From the human T2T-CHM13v2.0 reference genome, Homo sapiens, in NCBI GenBank assembly GCA_009914755.4, contig CP068257.2:34528001-34592000 (forward strand): 64,000 nt of DNA, in the 5' to 3' direction. Below, piece after piece: positions 28,566 to 47,902 of the stretch. The translations under genes were made by a program, and so were the position numbers. Positions within the stretch are counted from its first letter, which is position 1, and every line of letters begins with the position of its first letter. The notes under the pieces were generated by a model. The model was given only the letters and a program-made list of their open reading frames with translations, made no database searches and was not told the DNA's origin.

Positions 28566-28991
28566 AAGAAAAACATTTTCATCAAGTGCCCTTTTGAGCC
28601 CTGAACCCAGGTGCTCTACCAAGCCTGATTTACAGCTTTGATTTTGGAAGTGAAGGCTAATAGAAATAAATTAACTCTGGATTTAAAAATCTTATCATTA
28701 AAGCTCTTTAAAAAAAAAAAAAGTTATAATGGTCCTAAATGAACCAGTTTTTTTTGTTTTTTGTTTTTTCGCTGCTTTTATCTGATGACACACTACGGTT
28801 TCACAGAGCAGCCATGAACAGGAAGGGCAGCATGAGGTCTGTGGTGTCACACAGTTCAGCTTCCGGAGTCTTCATCAGTTAGCTACAAGCACCTCCTGTT
28901 TAAAGCAGAGCCTCCTGATGGTGTGTTTCAGAATTAGTGCTGCAGTGTGGTGGGAAGAACACGGGTTGGAGCTTGGAGACCTAGTGAACTA

Positions 28992-29640
<649 letters not shown>

Positions 29641-29860
29641 GGGATCCTGATTTTTTACCCCTGCCTGAATCAACTCCTCTTCCCTGTTGACTAGTATTAG
29701 TTCACATAAATCCTCTTCAGCCTGGAGTCTGTGTTAGTCTGCTAGGGCTGCCATAACAAAATACCACTGGCAGAGTGGATTAAACAACAGATTGTTTTTT
29801 TTCACAGTTCTGGAAGCCAGAAGTCCAATATCAACGTGTCGGCAGGGTTGGTTCTTCTGA

Positions 29861-30292
<432 letters not shown>

Positions 30293-30351
30293 TAGGGCTC
30301 ACCCTAACTGCTTCATTCTACTTTGATTACCTATTTAAAAATCCTGTCTCC

Positions 30352-30660
30352 GGCCGGGTATGGTGGCTCATGCTTGTAATCCCTTGGCCTATGGGAGGCC
30401 AAGATGGGTGGATCACTTGAGGTCAGGAGTTCAAGACCAGCCTGGCCAACATGGTGAAATCCTGTTTCTATTGAAAATATAAAAACGAGCTGGGTATGGT
30501 GGCGCATGCCTGTAATCCCAGCTACTCAGGAGGCTGAGGCAGGAGAATCACTTGAACCCAGAAGGTGGAGGATGCAATGAACCAAGATGGCACCGCTGTT
30601 CTCTAGCCTGGGCAACAGAGTGAGACTCTGTCTCAAAAAAAAAAAAGAAAAGAGAAAGAA
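30352..30660 (+). mobile_element. Alu SINE
   Basis: GGCCGGGTATGGTGGCTCATGCTTGTAATCCCTTGGCCTATGGGAGGCCAAGATGG ... A-rich tail. Confidence 0.85.
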
Positions 30661-30928
30661 AAAGAACCTGTCTCTAAATACAGTCCCAGTCTCAGGTGGA
30701 GGTCAGGAAGGGCTTTGCCATAGGAGTTTGAGAGGGATACAGTTCAGCCATGACAGAATGTGATGAGGAGGTGCAGGCTGTCTCTCCACCTGTCACCTGT
30801 TTACAAAGCTGATCTCTGGTAGAAGCCCAGATGGTCTTTTATCACACACCTTGTGGAGGAACAGAGGAAGTGTGATTTCTTTAGTCTTGTTCTTGATCCA
30901 GGAGCCCAGTGAGGAGCTTCGACTTTGG

Positions 30929-30932
30929 GGTG

Positions 30933-30984
<52 letters not shown>
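30929..30984. repeat. (TG)n microsatellite, ~27 units with one CG interruption
   Basis: gggGTGTGTGTGCGTGTGTGTG...TGTGTGTGGtgatac; also seen as the CVCVCVC.. / THTHTHT.. ORFs in the track. Confidence 0.95.
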
Positions 30985-30985
<1 letters not shown>

Positions 30986-31692
30986 TGATACAGTTAAGCA
31001 CCCAGAACTGCTGAGTCAGGAAAGCGTTCCAGGTGATTTGTGCCCCCTCCACCGCATGCCAAGAGCTCTGCACCAGCTTATTTATGGGGCACTGCATTGT
31101 GGGGGTATCCTACATGTCTGCTGGGGGTGGCCCTTTCAGCCTTCCTCCCCCACTGGAGCCTTGGTGCTGCTGCCACAGTTGACTCTGCACTCCTTATCCC
31201 TGCTGGCCAGACCCTGCATGCTCGGTGCCTAGAACAAGGCTACGAGCCCTGCCAGCCTCCTTGTGTATGAGCTGCATCTTTCAGCCTGCAGGGTGCCTGG
31301 TTTCATCTCAGCATCTCACTTGTAGGGCATCCTCTGTTAGAGCGTGACACCTAAATTTGGGGCTATGATTTTAGCCATTTTCTAGCAACCTTTGTTCTGA
31401 TGACCTCTGTGGCTATGACCGTGAGGGTGGAGGTGGCCAGGTAAGTGCAGGGCCAGGGTCATCGTGGAATGATAAGGGCCTGAATTGCCTTCTGAGAAGA
31501 CACCAAATGGAAAGGATGCTGTTGATGGGAATTCTTGACTGGCTTCACGTTAAACTAGATCCTGTACCTCTGCAGGAGAGGGGCCAGCCCAGCATCCATT
31601 TGTCTCTGGCAGTGTCCTGATGCTCTTGGCACCAGTATTTAGAAGATGCAGATCCAACTCCCGTTTTTTTCCCTCCCCTCCCCTTTCTTTTC

Positions 31693-31975
31693 TTTTTTGA
31701 GACAGAGTCTCACTCTGTCACCCAGGCTGGAGTGCAGTGACCCAATCTTGGCTCACTACAACCTCCACCTCCCAGGTTCAAGTGATTCTCCTGCCCCAGG
31801 CTCCTGAGTAGCTGGGATCACAGGCATGCGCCACCACACCTGGCTAATTTTTTTTGTATTTTTTGTAGAGACAGGGTTTCGCCAGACTGGTCTTGAACTC
31901 CTGACCTCAGGTGATCCGCCTGCCTCGACCTCCCAAAGTGCTGGGATTACAGGCGTGAGCCACCGTGCCCAGTCC
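31693..31975 (-). mobile_element. Alu SINE (reverse)
   Basis: TTTTTTGAGACAGAGTCTCACTCTGTCACCCAGGCTGGAGTGCAGTGACCCAATC ... CACCGTGCCCAGTCC. Confidence 0.9.
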
Positions 31976-32399
31976 TAACTCCCATTTCTAAGGTGTGGCA
32001 AAGGCTGCTGAATCCTTTGCTGTCGTTCTGTTGTGGGTGCCATGCTGGGGCTCTGATGATGTTGCAGCTTCACCCCTTACCCCAGGTTATCTGAAGGAGC
32101 TGAGGGTGTTCAAGAGCACTGCTACCCCAGGCTTCACAGCAGCCTCAGTGAGGGCCACTCACACTGTAAGATCGAGATGGTCTTTTTGAAAAGAGCATTT
32201 CTCTTTGCTGAAAAGAGTCTGATATGCTTTTCGATAATTTGTAGCCAGGATAGTCTATTTACTTTGTGTTTGAGTGAAGGAATATTTTTGCCATTCTTCC
32301 TTTCAGGTCTGCTGTGGGGCTGGAGGTAGTCCAGATTTAGAGATGAATTATTCCTCCAGTGCTGTGATTTGAATGGCTCTTCCAAAGTCCATGCTGAAA

Positions 32400-32780
32400 C
32401 TTAACCCCAATATGACAATATTGGGGTTGGGGGGGCCTTTAAAAGGTGACCAGACCATGAGGGCTCTGTTCTCATAAATGAGTTACTCGACGTATGGATT
32501 AATGCATTGATAGGTTATCCTGGGTGAGGAACTGGTAGCTAAATAAGAAGAGGAAGAGAGGCCTGAGCTAGCATTAGCATGCTCGGCCTCCTTGCCATGT
32601 GATATCCCACACCACTTCGGGACTCTGCAGAGAGTCTCCACCAGCAAGAAGGCCCTCACCAGATGCAGCCCCTTGAGCTTGGCCTCTGTAACTGTAAAAA
32701 GTAAATTTATTTTCTTTATAAATGACCCAGTTTCAGGTATTCTGTTATAAGCAACAGAAAATAGACTAAAATATCCAGCA
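32400..32780 (+). mobile_element. MaLR-type LTR (MST/MLT1-like) solitary LTR
   Basis: ..acaatattggggttggggggcctttaaaaggtgaccagaccatgagggctctgttctcataaatgag ... gcctccttgccatgtgatat ... caagaaggccctcaccagatgcagcc ... ctttataaatgacccagtttcaggtattctgttataagcaacagaaaatagactaaaat. Confidence 0.7.
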
Positions 32781-32929
32781 ATCTAACAGAATTGAGTTTA
32801 TAGATAAGGGAAAGGGTTTGTGACCCACCTACACTATATAAATTCTCCCAAGAAAGTTAGGAGCTAGAAACTCCATGTCAGGCCTTGGTGTGGAAGGTGC
32901 TGTGGACTGAATTGTGTTTCTCCTTCTCC

Positions 32930-33510
32930 CCTCAAACTCATATGCTGAAGTCTTAACCCCAGTGTAGCTGTATATCAAGGTAGGATCTTTGGCAGATGGT
33001 TTAGGTTAAATGAGGTCATGAGGATGAGACCCTAATTTAATAGGACTGTGGCCTTATAAGAATAGGAGGAGGGCAGGCACAGTGGCTCACACTTGTACTC
33101 TCAGGACTTTGGGAGGCTAAGGCAGGTGGATCACTTGAGCCCAGGAGTTTGAGACCAGCCTGGACAACATGGGGAAACCCCATCTCTACAAAAACAAACG
33201 AACAAACAAAATTAGCCTGGTGTGGTAGCATGCACCTGTAGTCTCAGCTACTTGGGAGGCTGAGGTGGGAGGTTTGCTTGAGTCCAGGAGTCTCTTAAGA
33301 AAAAAAAAAAAAAGGAAGAGGAAGAGACAGACTTCCTCCCACCTCCCACCATGTGAGGACACAGTGAGGAGATGGCTGTCTGCAAGCCAGGAAGAGAGCT
33401 GAAACTGCTGGCACCTTGATTGCGGACTCCCAACCTACAGAACTGGGAGAAGTAAATTTCTGTTGTTTAAGCCGCCCACTCTGTGGTATTTTGTTATGGC
33501 AGCCTGGGCC
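32930..33510 (+). mobile_element. Second MaLR-type LTR copy, split by an Alu insertion
   Basis: Left part ..gaagtcttaaccccagtgtagctgtatatcaaggtaggatctttggcagatggtttaggttaaatgaggtcatgaggatgagaccctaatttaataggactgtggccttataagaatagg. After the Alu: ..cacctcccaccatgtgaggacacagtgaggagatggctgtctgcaagccaggaagagagc ... tgttgtttaagccgcccactctgtggtattttgttatggcagcctgggccaactaatacag. Confidence 0.7.
33070..33315 (+). mobile_element. Alu SINE (3'-truncated) nested in MaLR LTR
   Basis: GGCAGGCACAGTGGCTCACACTTGTACTCTCAGGACTTTGGGAGGCTAAGG ... ends in A14. Confidence 0.85.
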
Positions 33511-33689
33511 AACTAATACAGAAGGAACTAAGTTAAACTTGTATTTTTCAGAAAAAAAGCAACTGTTTGAACAGGAATACCAACATTCAAGCTTGTATTT
33601 GAGTCACATACAGGCATTCCCATTTACCTATCTTTTAAAAATAGTCTTTTCCTTTTAAATTTCTTTCCAACTTTATTGGGCATACAATA

Positions 33690-34330
33690 AACTGCAAGCA
33701 TTTAGAAGTGTATAATTTAAAGAGTTTTGACATAACGTTTATCCCTGTGAAACCATCACCACAATCAAGACAATGAGCATGGATCTGTCACCCCCAGAAG
33801 TTTCCTCCTGTCCTTTTGTCGTCTCCCTCCCTCCCTTGTCCCCAGACAACCACTGATCTGTTTTCTGTCACCATAGATTTGTTTGCATTTTCTGAAAGTT
33901 TATATAAATGGAATCCCACAGTATGTGCCCTCTCTCTCCTTTTCTGGTCTGGCTTCTTTCACTCAGCAAAGCTACTTCGAGAGTCATTCAGGCTGTTGTG
34001 TACATCAAAGTTTCCTTCTTTTTTACTGCTGAGTAAGAGTCCATGGATATATACAATTTCTTTATCCATTTCCCATTAGTGGACATTTGGGTTGCTTCCA
34101 GTAGGTATATGTTTAATTTTTTAAGAAGCTGCCAAACTGTTTGCCAAAGTGGTTGTATCATTTTACATTCCCAGCTGCAGTGTATGAAAGCTCCAGTTCT
34201 CCCCCATCCTCTTCAACACTTGGTATGGTCAGTCTTTTTCACTTTGGTCATTTTAATGAGAGTGTAATACTCTCTTATTGTGGCTTTTGCATTTTGTACA
34301 TGACAGATGATTAGAAAATCAGTAAGTGGT
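33690..34330 (-). mobile_element. Old L1 (L1M-type) 3'-end fragment, antisense
   Basis: ..aagtgtataatttaaagagttttgacataacgtttatccctgtgaaaccatcaccacaatcaagacaatgagcatg ... caaccactgatctgttttctgtcaccatagatttgtttgcattttctgaaagtttatataaatggaatc ... catttcccattagtggacatttgggttgcttccagt ... ctgccaaactgtttgccaaagtggttgtatcattttacattcccagc.. An additional L1-like piece lies at ~34670-34800. Confidence 0.7.
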
Positions 34331-35151
34331 CATTGTAACTTTGTTTTAATTCCATAGACACATAACATAAAGATCACTGTAAGAATCTTCACTGTTTTAT
34401 TGTATGTAATAGCAAAAAATTGGGAGTGACCACCCCTGGTAGGGGAGTAGTTGTGAAGTGAGTCATGGAACGACAATATAATGCACACACAGCCATGGAA
34501 CCAAGTAGACTGGTAGTTACTAACATGAAAAATGCTTATTATAAATAAGGGGGAAGAAAGGACAGGCGAACAGTTTACATATAGCCCACTCAATCTTGTG
34601 TGTGTGTGAGAGAAAGGGAGGGGGTACTGTATAGGAGTGGACAAGATCTCGAAGCCCCTTATTGTAGGACTAGTGTATTTCCAGTTTTTCACGACTCTGA
34701 ATAAAGCTGTAATGAACATCTTTACGCACGTGGCTATTTTTGTTAAGATAAATTGCTAGAGGTGGAGTAGCTGGGTCAGTGGACGTACAGTGAAGCCTCT
34801 GGACACAGGGGTATGTGCTGGCCTGCCTTTGCCCCTCTCCTCTGCCTGCACGGATGCCAGAGCCACAGCCTGTCACCTGCTGTACTTTGTCATGTGTTTA
34901 TCTAGCAGGACCACATTCTCTATCCCAATCTTGTCACTCTTCTGATTCCAGAATTTCTCCACTATTCCCATGTTGGGAACATTAGGATAATTTATAAAGT
35001 TAAAAAAAAAAATAGAGGGGGTTATTGATATTAACCATTATAGGTAATAACAATTTAGATTATTCTGGGAAGAAGTGACATCTTTACACACTTGGGCCCT
35101 TCCATATAGAAATGTGGTAGTTTCCATCATTCATTAAAATGTACTCACTTT

Positions 35152-35765
<614 letters not shown>

Positions 35766-36041
35766 TATTCACTTATGTCCTTAAGAGTTCTTCTTAAATA
35801 AGACCTTCCTGTTCCTCAAGTATATTAAGTATTTTATACATGTGTTTTTGCTATTGTGAATGGGATTATTTTCCTCAGGTAGACGGGTATACCGTCAACC
35901 AATACTGATTTGTATTTTTTTCTAATATTTTGCTAGCATTTCCTGGAACAGTGTTGAATAGCAATGTTGCTATCAGTGTGTTAACCACGGTAATGTTGGC
36001 TGCTATAACAAAGAAGTCCAAAATCAATGTCCTCGATGTAA

Positions 36042-36543
<502 letters not shown>

Positions 36544-37427
36544 TGAGGTTTTAACCAGCCAGGTCCTGATGGCACGTGTTATGTCCACCCATGCCTCCCA
36601 GGGAGACTGGGCAGCCATGGCCCAGCTGCAGCCCTAACTGAAGAAGAAGGGAGCCGTGATTTGGGTGGGCTGGGCCCAGTGCCTGCACTCACCTGGCACG
36701 CACTGATTTTAATGGAAGGGTCTGTAGTGTTTCACCATCATCTCTACCCTGTGACCTCCCTCTGTTTCTTGTGTCATAAAGGATCAGTTTATTCCTTGGT
36801 TACTAACTTTAATAACTACTTATCTTTATATGGCAAGAAAGGCATGTCATTTCATTACCTGATCAACATGTAAAGTATTGAATTGCTTTTTACCAAGCAT
36901 CACAGTTCTGCCTTATGTATTACTCTTGTGTTTGGGGGTCATTCTTGTACTTAGGCTAGATTTTCCCAATGCCTAGGATGTGCCTGGGAAGCAAATATGT
37001 TGGAGGATAATCTAATTCCGATTTGTGGAATGCAGGAAGGACCCCGGAATTGGAGCACCTGGGGTCATGTTCAGACTCACCATTTCTGAGATTGGGGTAG
37101 ATGCACTGGTTACCCACCGATAACCATTCTGCCCTCTTCTTTCTTGCCAATAGAGAACCCCAGTTATATTTGGGGATCAGGTGGTGATGCGCTGCAGGGT
37201 GGGGGCCCCAGCAGTAAATGTTATTGTTCTAGGACTTCATCCTAAAAATCCTGCTTTCCTTGGCAGGGATTAATTTCGAGGTGGGCACATGACCTGCTCT
37301 AGCCCAATGAGATATGGCGGGAAGGCTGCAGGGTGGCTTCTGGAAAGGTTTTTTTCTCATACAAAGAGACAAAAAGGAACACACACTGCCACGACAGGGA
37401 AAGATAGGTTAAGAGTCAATTCACTGG

Positions 37428-37705
<278 letters not shown>

Positions 37706-37909
37706 AAGAAGAGTCAATTCATCATTGACAGCATGTAAGGCACCAGAATGCTTGGATCTTTTGGGGATGTCACTGAGCCCTTGCAGGAACCAAATGCAGA
37801 AATGAGCTCCTTTAGCCCTGGTTTCCCAGCCTTGGCATGCTGTGGCATGGCAGACATTCTGGCTGCGGGTGGGTGGTGGTCTGTGCACTGTAGGATGTTT
37901 TGTTTTGTT

Positions 37910-38058
37910 TAAGAGGCAGGGTCTCACTATGTTGCCCAGGCCAGAGTGCAGGAGCTGTTTACAGATGCAGTCATAGCTCACTACAGCCTCACACAATCCT
38001 CTCGCCTTCGCCTCCTGAGTAGCTGGGATCACAGGTGCGCGCCACTGTGCCCAGCTCT
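37910..38058 (-). mobile_element. Alu fragment (reverse, with internal insertion)
   Basis: TTTAAGAGGCAGGGTCTCACTATGTTGCCCAGGCCAGAGTGCAGGAGCTG ... CACTGTGCCCAGC. Confidence 0.65.
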
Positions 38059-38680
38059 CTGTAGGATGCTTATTCCCATCCTGGCCTCCCTGACTTCTGT
38101 CCAGTAGATGCCAGTATCACCCCCTCCTCCACCCAAAGTTGTAACAGCCAGAAATGTTTCCACACATTGCCAAATGTCCCCTGGGGGCAAAATTTCCCCA
38201 GTTGAGAACCACTGCTGTAGACCTTTGGTTTTGTGAGGCAATACATTGCTTCATTTAAACCTGTATGGCTTGATGGTCTGTTCTTTACAGCCACACATGT
38301 CCTAGCTGAGCTCACAACCCTGGACCATCCTCAACCCGAGAGCCAGAGCCTGTTTCTTCTGCAGGCTGACGTGGACGTACTTGTCTGTTGACAGTAAAGG
38401 TATTTTGTGCATCCTTAAAAGATGCAGTGTCTTGCAGCTGTTGGAGTGGTTTCTGGCTGGGAGCAGGACGCCTACAGAGCAGTTGCAGAGGACCTTCTGT
38501 CTCCCCATGGCGGAGGCACCATTCCAACTACGGAACCTTTGTTGTGTTTTGGAGGGGGTCGTGTGCTTCCAGCACCTGCCGCCTCTGCCAGCCACAGCAC
38601 TCTGCCTCTTTGTTCTGAGTGCCCGGGACAGAGTTGTATAGCTGCTGCCTTTTGGAGAGAGGAGTCAGCTTTGGGCTTGA

Positions 38681-39438
<758 letters not shown>

Positions 39439-40344
39439 TAGCTTATTCCAGGGACAGGGAAGCAGGAGGAAAAAGCACTAGGAGGAAGACCGCAGACTGG
39501 ATTCAGAACAGGCTATCGTGGAGAGCTGTGTGCTTCGCTGCCGGCCTGAGGCTCTGCGTTCCCCTCCTTGGTGCTCAGGCTGCCCAGCATACGCAGCAAG
39601 TGCTGACCCAGCAGGCAGCCCACGTGCGCTTCAGGTGTGGGAGGCTCTGCGGGCTGCGGGGAACAGGATCGCTGTGGGAGGTTGAGCCTGGAGCTCTGAA
39701 CAGCCACTCTGCGCCCAATCTGCTGTAGCGCTGAGGGTCAGGAAGGCCTCTGGGAGTTCTCTAGAAGAAGGCGCTGGGGAGGAGGAGTTAACATCTCATT
39801 TCATTAGAGCATGCCAGTTCTGTTCTGGGTGTGACTTTTGAAGAATATTGAGTTCTACCAGTAGAACTTTGGGGACTGAAACCTGTTGAGGATTTGTAGT
39901 AAGACTGTGTCCCGAAGGCGTTCTTCCTTTTCTTCTGTCTCTGACTTTAACAAGCAGGTTTCCCTATAAGCTTTGGTGTTTGTTAAACAGATCATTTGTA
40001 TGTGCAATAAAATATGTTTAAAAATTAGAAAAATAACATCTCCCGATACTATGTTATTTTATATTTTTAATGGTATGATTACTTTTATTTGATTTTCTGG
40101 TTTGTGATGATAAATGCATAAGAATGGCAGTGTTCTCTGCATCATGTACATTTCAAGGTGTAGACTGTGTTCTGAAGGGAGAGTCGGCCCCACATCCTTA
40201 CCTTCTTTTCCTGTGGTTTATTGCAGAACTCAGCTGCCTTCACCTCCTCCTGCCATTTTTCATCACTTCTGAGACTGTTAGCTCTTAGACCCCCCAAATA
40301 GAACAGTTTCCTTTGTGAGCCCCTATTATATGCTTGCCACCATT

Positions 40345-40540
40345 GTTTTTCAAACCTAGGATCCTCCAAACTCAGTGCCACTCAGCCTCTTCTACTGATG
40401 AAGAAACTGGAGTTCAAAGGCTTGCTTGCAGCTTCCCAGGTGTATGACGAGTATTTCAGGTCGGCCAGCGCCTTGTGAAGCCCACACTCCAGGGTTGAGG
40501 GCAACATGTAACAATGTCAGGGAAGGCTGAGGAAGTGCTG
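40345..40540. repeat. Arm A of a ~190-bp inverted repeat (partner at 41499-41700, ~85% identity)
   Basis: Reverse complement of 40378-40540 aligns with 41499-41660. Example: rc-A ctggagtgtgggcttcacaaggcgctggccgacctgaaatactcgtcatacacctgggaagctgcaagcaagcctttgaactccag vs B cggagtgtgggctttgcagggcgctggcggacctgaaatactctgcacacctgggaagctgcaggcagacctctgagctccag. Confidence 0.8.
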
Positions 40541-40681
40541 TGCCATCGCAAAAGAATAAAATATAAGTCTAGAAATGCGGAAGGTACTGTACAGCATCAC
40601 AGCTACCTAAACTTCCTCTATGGGAAGACAGGGAAAGTAGGCGTTAGTGGCAAGACAGAGTGGCTTTGAGTCTAAGTGTCA

Positions 40682-41132
<451 letters not shown>

Positions 41133-41189
41133 TTAACTAAGAGATTGGGAGCAGCCTGTGTGGCTGACAGGCCCTATTGCTCATGACTT

Positions 41190-41375
41190 GTGTATGTGTA
41201 CACGTGTGGGATGTGTGTATGCATGTGTGTATATGTATGCAGTGTGTATGTGTGGAGTGTGTGCATGTGTGTACATGTATGCATGTGTAGAGGGTGTGTG
41301 TGTGTATATGTATGGGAAGTATGTATGTATGTATTTGTGTGCCTGCATGTGTGGACATGTGTACGCATATCCAGT
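41190..41375. repeat. TG/TGTA-rich imperfect simple repeat
   Basis: gtgtatgtgtacacgtgtgggatgtgtgtatgcatgtgtgtatatgtatgcagtgtgtatgtgtggagtgtgtgcatgtgtgtacatgtatgcatgtgt... Confidence 0.85.
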
Positions 41376-41498
41376 GTTAACCCTGACACACTGGGGAAGT
41401 GGAAATAGAATGAATACCCTGTATGTTTCAGCTCCTTTTTGAGTTTATCCTGCACGACCAGCTTATGAGTAGGTGATGGTATATTTTTGGTCACCTAC

Positions 41499-41700
41499 AG
41501 CACTTCCTCAGCCTCCCCTGACATGTCTACATGTTCCACCCCCACCCCCGGAGTGTGGGCTTTGCAGGGCGCTGGCGGACCTGAAATACTCTGCACACCT
41601 GGGAAGCTGCAGGCAGACCTCTGAGCTCCAGCTCGTTCTTCAGTAAAAGGGGCTGAATGGTGCTGACTTTGGAGGATTCCAGGTTTCAGAAATAATGGGT
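41499..41700. repeat. Arm B of the ~190-bp inverted repeat; adjoins a MIR-like segment at ~41680-41820
   Basis: See arm A. Downstream, ..gaaagcagagcctcagagctatcaggtgacttgtgacaggcttgctcagatgagagctggagcccggactcggacccaggcctgccactcag resembles the MIR core in reverse orientation. Confidence 0.75.
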
Positions 41701-41948
41701 GAGAAAGCAGAGCCTCAGAGCTATCAGGTGACTTGTGACAGGCTTGCTCAGATGAGAGCTGGAGCCCGGACTCGGACCCAGGCCTGCCACTCAGAGCCTG
41801 GCCTCTGTCACAGTTCCCCTCCCATTGACTTTCGGGGCCCGTCTTAGGAGCTCGACCGGCGGCCAGCAAAACATTCCCTCCACAGCAGAGCCACCTCTGG
41901 GTAAACTGATAAAAATGAGCTTCTGAACCTGCCAAGGTGCCAGGGCTC

Positions 41949-42472
<524 letters not shown>

Positions 42473-42497
42473 TATTTATTTTATTTTTTATTTTATT

Positions 42498-42775
42498 TTT
42501 GAGACAGGGTCTCACTTTGTTGCCCAGGCTGGAGTGCAGAGGTGCGATCGTAGCTCGCCCACAGCCTTGACCTCCTAGTTCCAAGTGATCCTCCTGCCTC
42601 AGCCTCCCAAGTAGCTGGGACTACAGGTGCACATCACATGCCCAGCTAATTTTTGTATTTTTTATAGAGACAGGGTTTTGCCATGTTGCTGGTCTTGAAC
42701 TCCTGGGCTGAAGCAATTCACCTGCCTCGGCCTCCCAAAGTGCTGGGATTACAGGTGTAAGTCACTGCGCCTGGC
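42498..42775 (-). mobile_element. Alu SINE (reverse) preceded by (TTTTA)n
   Basis: ttattttattttttattttatttttGAGACAGGGTCTCACTTTGTTGCCCAGGCTGGAGTGCAGAGG ... CACTGCGCCTGGCC. Confidence 0.85.
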
Positions 42776-44331
42776 CTGCTTCTTTTTTTTCTGAGCATGC
42801 TTTTAAAATCTCTAGTAGGTGATACACCCAGCCTTCAGTTCTACTCCTACTCAAGCAGCATGGTAATTTTAAGAAAATTTTAAAAGGAAAAAAAAAGCAT
42901 ATTCTAATGTGTCTTCTTACCTGATGCAGAAGATGGAGTTAGCCTGAGTGACCCATTCCTTGCTAGCAGCTTTATTGGAAGCTGGGATTTGGGTATGTGG
43001 ATAACTCATGCTGAGAGCTGATTAATCACGTGCATGGCCCTGTTAGGGTTCAACTGACTTAGGTAAATACAACACAATGATATTTCAGCTGTGACCTTTC
43101 AGAGAAGGAAGCTCCTTGTTTACATAGGAGTTATAGCAGCACTGCTCTCCCAGTTCAACAAAAACTGGTCTCACTGGTTACCTGTGGAACCCCGACTCCC
43201 TGAGATGGCTCTCGGCAGCCTTGCCTTCTGCCTGTTTCTCCAGCTTATCTCTTGCCACCGCCACTCCCTCAAGCTGGCAAAGCAACCGGGTCATGCCATT
43301 TCAGTCAAGGTGGAATGCCACACCATGAGCACTTGGGAAGTCCTGGCCAAGTGCTGGTCTGTTCCATTTTCGTCCTGTCTAAAGGGCACTAACAGTGCCC
43401 CCTGGCAGGTGCTTCACTGAGCGTTTGAGCCTGTGTCACCTGGCCTCCCTGACTCACTGTGCCACTGTGCAGCTTCCTTTCAGTGGCATGAAAAGAACAC
43501 CCTTACAAAGATGCCTGACTTCCAGAAGGAAGACATGTCAGTGTTTCACCGTGAAAAATGCAACTCCTCGTTTGCTTGGTGGGAGACGTGCTTTTAAATT
43601 GGCTGACTTACATTTCTTTCTAGACAAAGACATCTGGCATTCTGAAGTCAGCATTGTACTCTGTGCAAAAGTAGGGTGACTGTCTCTTCTAGGAACTTTT
43701 AAAGGAAACATTTAACATTTTTATTTTACGGGCTAAATAAAGCGTTTTAAAAATGAAACATAATTCTGTCCACTCCCCACCCATATGGTTAAATTACTCC
43801 TTTTTTAAAGCATTTTAAATTGTGGTAAAATACATATAAACAAATTGTGGTAAAATACATATAACATAAAATTTACCATCTTAACCATTTTTAAGCATAT
43901 TAACTTGTGTCCATGTGTAGCCTTTTGGAATTTTTCATCGTGTTCCCTACACAGAATGCTTCTAAATCATGCCGTGTCCTGGGGACTGTCATACTGTCAG
44001 GTTGTGTAAAGTCAAAGGAAACAAAGATATTTTCTTGGGTGGAGCAACAGTGACACTTCCTGATTTCTATTAAGCTTGGATGTAGTTTGAATCTTTTTTT
44101 TTCAAACATACTTTATACTTAACATTTTAGTATTTTCTTTTAAGGTCAGCCTACTGAGCCTATGCATATAATGAGGTCAAAAATGTTACAATTATGTCCT
44201 AATTATAGCTCAAGGAATGCTTTTAGAACAGTGTAGTTCCTGAGTGAAATAAATAAGAAAGTTTAATTTCCTGTTTAATCAGTTTCTCCTTTTTAAATTT
44301 TTTTAGCACTTTAAAAAGTGATTTTGAAGGC

Positions 44332-44908
<577 letters not shown>

Positions 44909-44914
44909 TCAGCT

Positions 44915-45565
<651 letters not shown>

Positions 45566-46323
45566 CACCTCAGTTCATCTATTTCTCTGTGATATTTATT
45601 CTGTAGTTGCAGAAGAATATTTCTCATATGATACGTATATTAAGCTTACTGGCCAGCCAGTTTGGGTTTCTGGATAGTGAAACTGTCCTGGAAGTGTTTG
45701 CTGAGCTTTTCTTGCTGGAGAAGATTCTTGGCAAAGCCTGGATGGAGGATGGAGATGAGAAAGGTAGTGTGAGGGTGGCACACCTGTTTTGTGCTAATTC
45801 CAGTCTTGGCAGCCCTGGACCTGCCGGGAGAGGGATGACAGTGACATGTGGCCCAGTTTTTGCTCAGAGAAGAAAAAGTCACCAAGACCGACCATGAGGG
45901 CAGGAGCTCTTGCTTCTCCTCCTAGATGAGAGTTAGAAGGAATTTGAGAGCAAGGCTTCTTTCTTGGGATCCAAATACTTCTTACCTTGGAGTTTTCCTA
46001 GCCGTGGCTAGTGGGTCATAATGTCAGCGACATTGCCAAATGGGAGCGGAAGAGTGTCGTTGGGGGAAGGGTGAAGACGCTGTCAGAGAATAAGACATAC
46101 CCCACTAGAACTTTAAAAAACAAGTCAGAAAAAAAAAAAACAAAAAACAGAAAAAAACCCACATACCCACACATACACCCTGAAGAGGGAATCAGGAGTT
46201 TGCAAGCCCTAGAAGGTAGTTATTGTGGTAATTAAAGATTGAAAGCTCACTCTCAAGAGAGCTGCACCAAATCCCTGGGCTGCCTCAGGGTTTGCTGAAA
46301 TGAGTCCCACTCTTCTCTGGTCA

Positions 46324-46743
<420 letters not shown>

Positions 46744-46899
46744 CTATTGTGGTAAAATACACATGGCCTAAAGTTGACCATTCTAACCATTTTTAAGGGC
46801 ACAGTTCAGTGGTATTAAGTACATTCATATTGTGTATCCTGCCATCCATCTCCAGAACCTTTTCATCCTCCCAAACAGAAACTTCCAGATGGAGTCCTA

Positions 46900-47245
<346 letters not shown>

Positions 47246-47254
47246 AAAAACTAA

Positions 47255-47902
<648 letters not shown>

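Noticed and set aside
43091-43679. Two ~100-aa ORFs in a 1.5-kb repeat-free stretch of intron 2.
   Set aside because: I find no similarity to any protein family, no codon-usage periodicity and no flanking splice consensus. Random ORFs of this size are expected in 64 kb.
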